Assembly: GCF_001194135.2 (NCBI RefSeq)
Contig: NC_068989.1
Location: forward strand, 16,932,282 to 16,996,281
Reading direction: 5' to 3'
Source: Octopus bimaculoides
Taxonomy: Eukaryota
Length of the DNA stretch: 64,000 nucleotides
The notes under the pieces are model-generated. The model saw nothing but the letters and a program-made list of their open reading frames with translations, was not told where the DNA came from and did no database searches. Shown one piece after another: positions 36,657-50,300 of this stretch. Both the position numbers and the translations under genes were made by a program. Numbering within the stretch: the first letter of the stretch is position 1; each line of letters opens with the position of its first letter.

Positions 36657-36794
36657 TTGGGAGAGGCATTATGCCAGTAATAAACACACGCACTGGTTCA
36701 GTCCTTTATTAACTTATAAACAGTATACTGTTTATAAATTAATAAAGGACTGAACCAGTGCGTGTGTTTATTACCGGCATAATGCCTCTCCCAA
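36657..36794. repeat. 138-bp loopless palindrome (69-bp arms, 2 mismatches)
   Basis: Centre cagta|tactg at 36725/36726; the arms were read directly. Confidence 0.92.
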
Positions 36795-37304
36795 GGTTTA
36801 ATTGTATATCTTTCAACACACGTATCCACATCAAGAATCTTGCACACAAAATACACATACGGAATATAAGTTAAAGATATGGTTTTCATAAATAATGGAA
36901 ACAGATTTAACCATAGATTCAAAAGTTGAAAACTTTTCATAATTTCGTTTAAATTTTATTTTACATAAAGTTAGTACCAAAATTTAAATCATAATCTTTT
37001 CATTTTTGTCATAAAACTAAACATTTATTTTTATTGTGTGTTGCATGATGCATTATTTTTTCCCATGTGATAATTCTACCAAGGTCAATTTTGTATTTCA
37101 TCTTTCCAGGGTCAATAGGTACCTTTTAGTCATTGACTGATGCTGATTCTATTGGCCATCACCCCTTGTTACAATGTTAGAAATTGGAGTATATTAGTGA
37201 ATACTTTGGAACAAAAAAAGTTACTTTTCTTGTTAATTTTTTTTCTCATTACTCTTGTTTTTCTTGTATATTTTACTGTCACAAAGAATAAATATCCTGT
37301 CACC

Positions 37305-40300
37305 TTAGTATGTACTTTTGTCTTTTGTTTTGATATTTCCTTCGGTTGTTAGTTTTCTCCCATATCTGCCAAATCTTCTTGATGAGAGTCTTTTAAGAAA
37401 TTCATTGTAGCCAGTATTTTCCAGTTTATAATTCAACATCACTTCAGATTCCTTTAGCCTTTTGTTCACTGTCATTTTCAGTTCATTGATTTTATCTTCT
37501 AAGAATTCTGTGATGATTTTTCTCAAGTATTTTTTAGCTTCCTCTAGGATATGTGTGAAAGCAACAATTAAATGATAGAAAGGTAAGAAAAGAAATAATT
37601 ATTTAGTTGTCCTTGAGAAGTTAGAAATCAATTGATCTTACATATAGACCATCACACAAACAATTTTTCCCACATACATTGATTTACACATATTTAAACA
37701 GATTACCAACTGTGTCAGTCTCTCTGGTCTCAGGTGTCACATTCAATAAATAAATGATCAAATGATCTTAGTATTCTGACCAGTATGACATAATAAGTGG
37801 TTAAATAATTTCAGTATTCTGGCCAATAAAAAACAGTCAACAAGTTCTCAAACATTCTCAGTATTGTGACTAATAAATCACAGACAAAATATATAAGAAA
37901 TTCCTCTGTTGATACAAGGCTTTGTATTTAAATTCAATTAATCCTAGTAAATATAGTTAATCACAGTACATAGCAGGCTGAGTAGATGAACTATTGGCTC
38001 ATCTATTCCTGTTCAAATCCAGGTTGATGTTTCAAGTGCAGAACACTTCTTACATCCCTTCAGAGTATTTGGCTGATAGAAGAAATAAATAAATCAGCTG
38101 GGAGTATTACCTAAAATAGACTGCCACCCTATCCAGGTGGATAAATATCTCTGAAGTGCATATAGCACTATAAAACCACAGCTAAACAATATTTCACAAA
38201 AGTTGCTTAGTTCCTGTTGCCTAGTAAATATATATACCTAGTACATAACAATATTCACTTTTCTATTTTACACTGTATAATATTTACAAAACATAATTTT
38301 TAATTTACTAGGTCTGAAGGAAGGACAATGCCCATAGCCATTGCAAGCTATCACAGAGTGGTAGGACCAATGCCATTAATGCTCCTCTTGAGCCTTTGCA
38401 AGTCATGCAGAAGCTTCTTTGTGGACTTGTAGTAGACGTTTCCTATTACAGTTGTTGTTGTTGGCACTCCGTCGCTTACGACGTTGAGGGTTCCAGTTGA
38501 TCCGATCAACGGAACAGCCTGCTCGTGAAATAAATGTGCAAGTGGCTGAGTACTACACTGACACGTGTACCCTTAACGTAGTTCTCCGGGATATTCAGCG
38601 TGACACAGTGTGACAAGGCTGACCCTTTGAATTACAGACACAACAAATACAGGAAGTAAGAGTGAGAGAAAGTTGTGGTGAAAGAGTACAGCAGGGTTCG
38701 CCACCATCCCCTGCTGGAGCCTCGTGGAGCTTTAGGTGTTTTTGCTCAATAAACACTCACAACGCTCGGTCTGGGAATTGAAACTGCGATCCTATGACTA
38801 CGAGTCCGCTGCCCTAACCACTGGGCCATTGCGCCTCTACCCTATTACAGTAACAAGATTAAAAAAATACAAAATCTAATGCAAACTAAAGGAATATGTG
38901 ATATTTATGTCTTTCCCCAAGCCATTACTACCATAAGAGGAAACCATTTTCGAAAAGGAAATAATGTAACAAAATATAGAACAAGAAAAGTCATGAAAAG
39001 ATACAGGAAATATACGATGTTTATGCCTTTCTGTCAAAGAAGCTCCCTTCTTCCCTCCAGTTAGTCTTATACAAGCTCCCTTGTTGATTCCATTGACAAT
39101 GAAAAGGCTCCAGTGACCATAAAGAGATTTCCTAACCTAGTTGCAGTGGTTACATTGACTCCCTGGTTGGCTCGTGAAGCTACATAGAAACTCCCTTGTT
39201 GGAGCTTATGACACTGGCAGACCTTGTTAGGTCTCCCAGTCACTAAACTGAAACTCACCCATTGTTCTCAATGACCATACAATAACTCCAAAGTTGGCTC
39301 CAGCTACTCTATAGGAGCTTACTGGGTGGATCCCAGATTGTGGTCTAAGGGAGATGATCCTTTGCACTGTGCTTGATCTTCTTTGTGTGTACAAAAACTA
39401 TCCATGAGACTTTTCTCCTCCATTTTGGAGAGAGGTTATAGGCCACTACCCATTAGGGTCTAATGAGATGTATGTGAATGGATGCGAAATCCTGGGTAAC
39501 CTTATGAACCGGCCATAATTCTCTCTCTCTCTCTATATATATATAAGGGCATAACTATACAAGAATGCCTCACTTTATTATGGTAGTTAACGTGAGACAT
39601 TCTTGTATAGTTATGCCCTTATATATATATAAATAGATAAATATGATTTAGGGAAAAACGATAGATTCTTCCGTATGAATTTTTTTCACGATAACTACTT
39701 GATAAATTCTTATATAAGAGTTTATCCTATTATTGTATATATATATATGTATATATATATATAAATATACTAATCTGCTATATATATAAATATACTAATC
39801 TATATATATATCTAATCTATATATAATTTAATATATATACTAATCTATATATATACTCTCTCTCTATATATATATATATAAAGTGATAACTAAAAGAGAT
39901 CAGTCATTCTAGACTTTACATGAAACATCTATTTTATAGATTTAATGTTTAAATATGTGACATGAGTTGTTATTAAGATTATAATGCACCAGAGTATTAA
40001 CCTTTTAGAATGTGTAGTTACAATTTTTATTATATGTTATGTTTTCATTGATAAACTAATAGTAGTGGCTTAGTGGATATGAACGTTACTATCCTTACTT
40101 TAGAAATAACATTCTTGTTCCAATTTAGTTTGGGGGTCATGTACACATCTCAACATAAAGACACTTGATAATGACAGGAAATTAAACCAATCAAAATGTG
40201 GTTTAAATTCTTTTACTTGTTTCAGTCATTTGACTGTGGCCATGCTGGAGCACTGTCTTTAGTCGAATCAAATCGACCCCAGGACTTATTCTTTGGAAGT

Positions 40301-43300
40301 CTAGTACTTATTCTATCGGTCTCTTTTTGCCGAACCGCTAAGTTACGGGGACGTAAACACACCAGCATCGGTTGTCAAGCGATGGTGGGGGGACAAACAC
40401 AGACACACAAACACATATATATATACATATATACGACGGGCTTCTTTCAGTTTCCGTCTACCAAATCCACTCACAAGGCTTTGGTTGGCCCGAGGCTATA
40501 GTAGAAGACACTTCCCCAAGGTGCCATGTAGTGGGACTGAACTCGGAACCATGTGGTTGGTAAGCAAGCTACTTACCACACAGCCACTCATGCACCTATG
40601 AATAATGTAAATATATAATTTAAATATATGGTCAACAGTCAGAAAAATTACTTCTGAATCTATTCAAGATGTTGATAAAATACCTTTCTCAGAAATCAAG
40701 GCCAACTCCTTGTCATTGATAGCGTTTTCGACCACTGCTTGTACAATTTCAGTTTCACATTTCCCTTTCTTCTCCTTTAGAGAATCAACTTGTATTTCTT
40801 CATTTGAAAAAGAAAAAGGAACATGGTAAAAATTGTCATGAAGACAGTTGGCTTACTCCTCATTTACATCTGTTTTCTCCAAGTGAACACCTTTCAAATG
40901 AATATTATTAATAATAATAGTAATAAACCTATTGTATACAGTGCTCAAATGCACTACAACTCACCAGAAAAAAGTAACCAAAACTGCATGAACAGTACAT
41001 AGAATATGCACAGGAAGTGAACAGTGAATAAATCTTAACAGAAAAAAACAGGCTTAGTGGGCATCAGGTGTACTGTTGGTGAAATTCAGGAATCATGGAC
41101 GTTGCCAGTGCTGCTGGACTGGCTCCTGTGCAGGTGGCACATAAAAAATAACATTTTGAGCATGACCGTTGCCAGTACCGCCTGACTGGCCTTCGTGCTG
41201 GTGGCACGTAAAAGCACACACTACACTCTTGGAGTGTTTGGCGTTAGGAAGGGCATCCAGCTGTAGAAACTCTGCCAGATCAGATTGGAGCCTAGTGCAG
41301 CCATCTGGTTCACCAGTCCTCAGTCAAATCGTCCAACCCATGATGATGATGATGACGATGATGATCATGATGGAAGTTTTGAAGGATGCAATGTCCTGAC
41401 AGATAACTGATGCAGGTAGTTTATTCCAGGCTTCAGCAAAATTTAACCTAGTCTCAATTTTGTTTTTATTTATGCCTGTTTTTGTTTTCTTATAAACTGA
41501 CACCATTGTCATGTGCTAGAAGGAATAACTTGATGTTGTATAACAACAGTATTACTGTATATAAAAGTACAAAGTAGTAAATTATGAAATTTGTGAATAA
41601 TTGTAATGAAGTTTCTTCTTCTAACTTCATGTCCTAGTCAATAGTTGGAACGAGTACAACTCAGTTATCAATTACCTGAAGGTTAATACAATATTAAATC
41701 ACAAAAATCATAAAGTCAAATATCATTAGTCAAATTTACATATACAAACTTGGCTGCACTTCTCCATCACTTTGATACAGGTTTCTGTACAGAACACCTT
41801 GGTCATGTGATTCTACCATAACATCAAAATAACACAATGTTTTTGAGATAAACTGGACAGAAACTGTTGTCAAAAAAACGGTACTTGTTCTTATTCTGTA
41901 CACTTAACCCATTAACCAGTTTGATGTCACTACATAACCTTGGATATCGTAGCAGAGTTCATACTGTTGAAAATGTTTAGAGCAGATCTCAGTATGATAT
42001 TTAGTCCTTCCTGCAGTAGCAATATATGTATAGGAAAGTTGGTTATACATCATTAGATGTATACCTGACTTTCCTATATAAAATTAGGAAATATAATGGA
42101 ACACTGAACTCCAGACATTCAACTTATACAACACTTTATTTAGGTGGTAAATATATACATCTTTAGCTCTTGTTGTTACAGCTTCTGTGTGTGTGAGTAT
42201 AGTTGTTGGGACGTTGTTATGTAGATGTGAGCGAGCTGTCGAGTGTAAGTCCGAAAGATGGAGGGTGACAGCTATACACGTAAAGAGACTGTCTCCAGAG
42301 TTGGGATGTTGGAGACACTGATTGACACGTCTATGCTCTATTGCTGGCCAGCAAGAAAGATATAGAATTAAGCGGGAAAGCTTGCTTGTTTAATTCCACG
42401 CATGCGCACGGCGTTACTACATATGTGTCTTATTTTAGCAGAGTTCATATTGTTGTAAACATTCAGTCAGTCTCAATATACTGTTGTGATCCTTCTTACT
42501 GTCACAACCTGTAAGTCATATTTCGGTAGAGTCCACTCTGTTATAAACATTTAGAGTAGGTCTCTCTATATTTTGCACCTTCCTATAATAGCGTCTGTGT
42601 GTCATGATTTCTTCCACCCTTACCTAACATTCTTAGAAACCCTATAACTGTTATGTGTTCTGCCCTTCGTCTCTATATTATGCTTTTTCCTAAAATAGTG
42701 ACTGTGACATGGTTTCTTTAATCATTATCCAATGTTCTTAGAAGCCCTGTTACTGTTATATGTGCTACTCTTCATCCTCTGATTAAATCATAAAAGAAGA
42801 AGCATTCCATTGATCAATCTTCAATACACAAAGACACTGACCCTTAAAATATCATTGATACAGAAAAAAAAAAAGTATCTGAGGAAACTAATGATGGTTT
42901 GTATTGGCTAAAACAAAATTGATAAAATTTATAAAATGACATAAATCTATGTATCTTAAGGAGAGGTGAGTTCTAAGTTTTATAAGGGACGCCTTGTATA
43001 AAGAAAAAATACTCATGAACCGCTATCATTTCATAGTTAACTACAAAGTTAACTATAAAGGTTGTATCATTTTTGCAATTTATAGAATCAGCCAATACTT
43101 ATTTACTATGGTGAAAACATAAACAATTGCTCCTTACCTTGGCTTGTCATGGATTCAGATTCTCCAATGTAGTTTAAAGCTAAATCAAGCTGCACCTGGT
43201 ATTGGTAAAATGATTAACAGTTCACAGTAAAATATATTCATAACTTAATGTATGTAGAAATGCACAGTTAAACTATCTGCCAATCCATCCATCCATTCAT

Positions 43301-46300
43301 CTATCTGTTTGTCTGTCCATCTCTCTCTCTCTCTTTCTCTCTGTGTTTGTGTATGTGTGTGTATCGATAACAAACTACTGTGGCTGTCACTCACAACTGA
43401 GAATGACTTGGTAGCATGTAGGTTTTCCCTAATTCTTTTTGGTTCCTTTATAGTTATGAGTAGATACAGATGCACCTTCTCATCTCTCATGCTTATCCCT
43501 ACGAAGGCTGCAATGGTACTTTCTTTACCAATCTTGAAAAGATGAAATGCAAAGTTAACCTTGGTGGGATTGGAACTCAGACTGCAGAGAGCTAGAATAA
43601 TACCATGATGCATTTTGTCTGATGCTCTAATGAATCTGTCAATTGACACAAACTCTAACACACACACACACACACACACAAATATATACATCATACACCT
43701 ATCTAACAAGCATTTACTCTCACAAGGTGTTTTGTTGTTGTAGCCACATGAAATTCTCTCTATAAATTAACAAGAGACATAAATGACCATTCACAGACGA
43801 GTTAGAAGACTCAACAGGAGTTACTTAGAAATGGTTAATTTGCAATCTTGAAACTTAAAAAGAATCATTGAAAGAAAAGCAAAACAAAATAAGGTAGGAT
43901 TTTTATTTCTTATACTGCTGTAAATAAACAAAGCGCATTACTACTGTTTCTTACCCAGAACAACATTGTATTGTTTCCACGCCTGCCCTATTTGCCAGAT
44001 TTAGCACCTGTAGACTTCCAGCTCTTCCTCAAGATGAAAAGGCAGCTCAAAGGTCACCGTTGTTGAGATCAACAGCAAATTGCAGAAGGTCTCTGACTCA
44101 CCTACAGTAAACAATGTCCAGGCCGAATTCCAAAAATGGCAGGAACACTGAGACCAATGCATTGCTGCGCAAGGTGACTACTTCAAAGGAGATGATGTTA
44201 AAATCTTAGCTAAATAAGTTATTTTTTATAAAACGTAACTAGTCTGGGAACTTTTTAATACTACCTTGTAGTTACATTAAAGATTTCGATGTCAAATGAA
44301 TCAGGTGGAATGATGAAGGTATATAGCAAGCTCTTTCACATCATCTTTCATGTTGCATTCTTTTTATTTCTTTCATTTTTTCCCATTTAAATCGAGAAGT
44401 AACGTTCAATTTGATCTGCCATATAAAATCTCATTACTTTTATAAAAATCTTACTTGATCTCATAGTTGTCAGGTCAAATGATACTCAGATGGTTACAAA
44501 ATGCTTTCTTTATCACTGGATATACACTACCCTGTAAATATCTAATATAGTGCAAATCTATTGCTGTGTACATCTCATGTTGAGTGTATATTTGGTGCAG
44601 TATATATATATGTATATATATATATATATATATAAATCTCTCTCTCTCTATATGTATATATCTATCATCTATCTTGCCATGTATTGAACATATATGAGGG
44701 CTTTATAAGGGAGCAGAATGTAAAGAACATACATAGATAAAGATCTTACATATAGATAAAGCAATAAGTTTACCTGTGGAGTGAATGCATACTTGTATAG
44801 TTTAAAGTGCCTAAAATATGTGTTAATCACATGATAGGATATCTTCCTTACTTCACTTATTGAAAACAGTTCAGTGCTGTATGGTGGACGCTAGAAAGAG
44901 AAAGTAATAAATGAGTGGTGGCCACTCATTTATTGTTGTTGTTTAGTTCAGGTTAGATCTGATTCAGCAGACGTATGGTTAAAGATATTTCATCTGAGAC
45001 CATCTTGTCTTTTACTATTGGGTCACATTATCCAATATGCATTTCTTTTATTAAAACAAGGAAGTTTCCACAGAAACTAAATGCTCCTCATATTCTACTC
45101 TACCATCTTAGCAAGTGAAGAACACACTGGATAATATAGTGATAGATACACTGTTTAAATAATTAAAACACCTTCGATCATGTGTCTGCTGGAGCAATGC
45201 TTACCTGGGGTTAAACAACAACTACTATAACAATTGCATACATTACTCAGTATAAGAATCAAACAGTAACAGAACAAAAAGTATTTATATGAAGCATTTT
45301 CCAGTTTGGGGATAGGAAAAACTGGAGTGCCATACTAATACTTTGACTTAATATTGATCACAGAAAGGAACTTGATGATTTGTGTGGAGGCAAATATGTA
45401 GTATAAATAAGATCATGCATACATGCACACAGAAGTGTAAACAAATGCGCATATTTACAAACATTGGAGAAATATAAAGGACTTGTACTGTTGTAGACAA
45501 TGTAACATTAACAAAGGGAACTGGCAGAGTGAGAGACAGTGTGATACATGTAAGGAAAATTACATACGAGGAAAATTAATGTAGATACTGTCTCATTTAA
45601 TGGAAGAATAAAACAGTGACACATCTTAGAGAGATGTATGTCATAAAGTAATTGAGAGATGTATGTCATAAATTGAGAGACAGTATGATACATGTAAGGA
45701 AAATTACATACGGGGAAAATTACTGTAGACACTGTCTCATTCAATGGAAGAACAAGACAGTGGCACATCTTAGAGAGATGTATGTCATAAAGTAATTGAG
45801 ACAGATGGTGAGATATAGGTTACCAGAACTAACACAAACAGTAAGACATATATTAGTGGGACTGCAATACACAAAGTAATTTATTGGGTCATCCCATAAA
45901 TGATGCCCCACTCACCATATTCGCCAGACATTGCTCCATCTGATTATCATTTACTCTACTTATTGTTTAGTCTTCAAAATCATTTGGATGGAAAAAATAT
46001 GAATTCTGTAGACGAGGTCAGAATAATACTGGAGGAGTATTTTTTGTCACAGAGAAGTGAATTTTGGAAGAGGGGCCTTGCAAGTCTACCAGATAGATGG
46101 AAGAGCATTGTAGAAAAACATTATTTATGGGATGACCCAATATAGGGGCATTGTAACATATATGTGAAAATTACAGAATGTCATAAAGGGTGTGTTACAG
46201 TCACTATGACATGTATTAGCGTGTGTGCCATAGACAGTGCAAGAAATATTCCAAGGTATGTCATGACATGTATTAGAGAAAATGTCACAGTATGACAAAC

Positions 46301-47255
46301 ATAAGGGTGAGTTTAACTTACACTGACGCTATGATGTAGGAGTAAATCTTTGAAATGTGTAAATGTTTCATCCAAGTTACCAAAAGGACTTTCTGAAAAG
46401 CATAAAATAGAGTTTGCATCAAACACAAATCTTTTGGGAAAGTAATAAAAAAACCCCTCAAAAAACAAAAAAACAAATTTATATAGGTATACTGAAAAAT
46501 AAATGTGGATTCTACTATTATTGTTGTGAATGTTGTTGATAATGTGAAGGTTGGATTGATGCTGGGATATCTCTGAATAAATAGACAATTAGTAAGGAAA
46601 AAGTCACTAAACATTGTTAATGAAATTGTTCAATTTAGAATTTAAGTATTTGTTGTTTTGTCTGAACTAGACATTGTTAAAGAAACTGTATTGCTTAGTT
46701 TAAATTTTAAGTGTCCACTGTAGTTGCTTCAACTAGATCAGTTGCTTTTGTTGTTTAACCCAAAGACAGCTCTGATCAAGAAGGTCTCTGACGAAAGGTG
46801 TTTCAGTTATAACCAACCAATCTTTTGTGCACATAGATTCATAGATTATTTAATATGTTCTCTTCTCAAATAGTAATGTGCAATTTGAGAGATATTGGTT
46901 TCTGTTTCTAGCATGCCAAGCAACTATATAAATTATTCTTTGTAGGTTTACTTACCAGATTAGTTGTCTTTGGTGATAACACTGTCGTTGTAAGAGAGTA
47001 ATGCATGTTAGAGGAATAGATATTATTTCACAGACCACTATGGTCAAATAGGTTCTCATGATGCTACACAGATGAAAAATAAATCATCTCTTGGATAGAA
47101 TACTAGTCTAATGCATGTGTCTTTATTTTTACGTAAAATTAACACTGGAAGCTAATTAGACACCCATCAAATTTACAGTACTCTGCAGCTTGCAGTATAT
47201 ATCTATAATCAATGCTTTTAAAGGAATTTGGGAGATGAAAATTAAAGTAAACCTT

Positions 47256-47318
<63 letters not shown>

Positions 47319-50300
47319 ATGTGTGAGAATGTTGACGTTCCATGGTTTTGCTTGTGTGAAATGGTGAATAATATTCACATTCTTCCTTGACATTATGACC
47401 AGTTGCTCTGAAGTTTTAAAGATATATGGAATAAGGTAAAATCTCTTACCTGAAAAACAAGTAAGTGGAAGTAATGGGAAGAGCATGGAACTATAAAATT
47501 CTTCCTCAAATACATCCCTGTCTAACTCATGCCAACATAGAAAAACAGATGTTAAATAAATGAAAAACCAAATAATCACACCCTCAAAGACTTACCTGTA
47601 CAGACTTCATGAACCTGTTTTACAATTGAAAAATAGGCAGATAACTGCTCAGATTTGAATTTTTCTTCCTTTGCATATTGTACAGAATATGTGTAAAGGT
47701 TGAGTAGAATCTTTTCTTTATATACTGTTGCATAATTAGTGAGTTTAAATATTTCAGCAAGAATACTAAGAAACAGGTAGAAAGTAGAATTGAAAAAAAA
47801 AATATAATATACACTATCAGATTACTTTTCAAAATGAAATTTTATAATCTTAAAAATGTACCTCAAATTTTATTTGGAGTTTGTTAAAACTGCTGAGAAG
47901 TCTCTAGGAAAGTACCTTGCTATGGTTGTTTATAATCTAACCCATGTAGGTACAGTGTGGCTGAATGGTTATGAAGTTTGCTTCACAATGAGAAGGTCCT
48001 AGGTTCTATCTCACAGAATGGAATAATGGACAAATGTCATTTTCTATAGCCTTGAGTCAACCCATGCCTTGTGAGTGAAATTTGGTAGACGGAAACTGCA
48101 CAAAATCCTGTCAGGTGAATTGTATCTGAAATTTAGAAGGTACAACCTTGTAACATATCGTGTCACACTGACTCTACCTGAGAATTATATTAAAGGGCAC
48201 ATGTGTCTGAGGAAGGCTCAGATGCTTACATGTTAATTCAGTTGATCAAATAACTGAATCTTCATCATCAGATGGTGGAGATCCACCACCCTATTCAGAT
48301 GTATACAACTAAAGAATTTTAAGGGAGGGAGAACAAATGTTGCATGTATAATGAGTACATTTTATGAAAATGATGATGATGATCATCATCATCGTCATTT
48401 AACGTCCGCTTTCCATGCTAGCATGGGTTGGACGATTTGACTGAGGACCGGTGAAACCAGATGGATACACAAGGCTCCAATCTGATCTGGCAGAGTTTCT
48501 ACAGCTGGATGCCCTTCCTAACGCCAACTACTCAGAGAGTGTAGTGGGTGCTTTTACATGCCACCGGCACAAAGGCCAGTCAGGCGGTACTGGCAACGGC
48601 CATGCTCAAAATGGTGTATTTTATGTGCCACACACACAAGAGCCAGTCCAGGGGCACTGGCAACGATCTCGCTCGAAAGTCCTTACACATGCCGCGGGCA
48701 CAAGTGCCAGAAAGGTGATGCTGGGCACAGGTGCCATCACGATGATGTAAAATGTAAACACAGTAGGAACGGATGAAGGTGCATGGTTTAGTGCTTAGGG
48801 TATTTAGCTCACAACTGTAAGGTCATGAGTTCGATTCCCAGTGGTGCATTGTGCAAGACACTTTACTTCATGTTGCTCCAGTCCACTCAGCTGGCAAAAA
48901 TGAGTAATACTTGTATTTCAAAGTGCTATGGTTGTTGTTTAATCTCAATTCAGCTTTCACCAAGCACATAGATTATCAAATACTCAGACATGTGATTAAA
49001 TGCTCATTATTTAAACATAGTCTGTCTTGGTTCACAGTTTCCATTATGTTTGTCATTATTTAAGATTTTGTAATATGATTTGATGAATATTTGGCTACTA
49101 TTTCTAGCAAGACATGTAAGCATACAAGTGATCTCTACTTGGATTGTGTGTAGAAGTTTCTGTGTTGGCTCAAATAGAATTTGTTACAGTAAGATTAAAA
49201 AAAGCAGAGGATAGGGTTAGATGGAAGTGGAAATATTGTCTAATACAGAAGATATTATAGAGGCACAAGGTGGCAAAATAGTTAAAGCATCAGAAAAAAA
49301 TACACTGTGATATTTTTTATGGCTGTTCACATTCTGAGTTCAAATCCTGCCATGGTCAACTCTGTCTTTCATCTTTCCAGGGTTGATAAAATGATGTACC
49401 TGTCCAGTACTGTGGCTGGTTTAATGAAACCATCCCCACAAATTTCTGGCATTGTTCATTTATAGATGCTAAAGCAACCCCACTTTAAAATGAAAACTAT
49501 GAAGTACAGAAAATAAACAATATACCTGGTTCCACTGCAAAGGTGAATCTGCAGAAATGCTAGTATGATGAATTCCAGTTTTCAACAAAAGATACTTACT
49601 CTTTTACTTTTTTTAGTGTTGGGGTTTTCAAAAGTGTTTCTGATTGATCTGGGCCCAAGTCATTCCTGTGGTTATTTCAACACAAGCAACAAAAGACAAA
49701 AACGAAAAAAAATTAAATATATATCTCATCAAGTTTCAAACCAATCCATTCACACATGGAATCATTTTTATAAAAACAAATTCTTTTTCATAAAATATTA
49801 TTTGAATAAGTTGGACAGGTAAATTTTTTATATCACTAAATATAGGAGAAATAAAAATAAACACAGGTTTACATATTAGTTCTTATGTACATTTCACTAT
49901 TATGGTTGCTTGGAACCTGCATTCCAAGTGCATATGGATGCTTAACCAGAATGGATCATCAAAGAACTTTATTACATTGTTACAGTGAGCTAATGTCAAG
50001 AGATGGATAGATGGAGAGGCAGTAATTACTTAGCTACTACACTGGTAGCAGACTGGAATATGATAAACTACATGGAATTCTAAGTACAATAGTTGCAGTT
50101 GTACATCATCTATTTGTGTACACACAAGGTATTATCTTTAAATTTATAAATGTTTCTGATTTAGGCACAAACTCAGCAATTTTGAGGGAAAAGTTTAAGT
50201 TGATACCATTGACACCAGTACTTGATTGATACTTTATTTTATCAACCCTGAAAAGATGAAAGGAAATTTAACCACAGTGGGATTTGAACTCATAAGAGTT

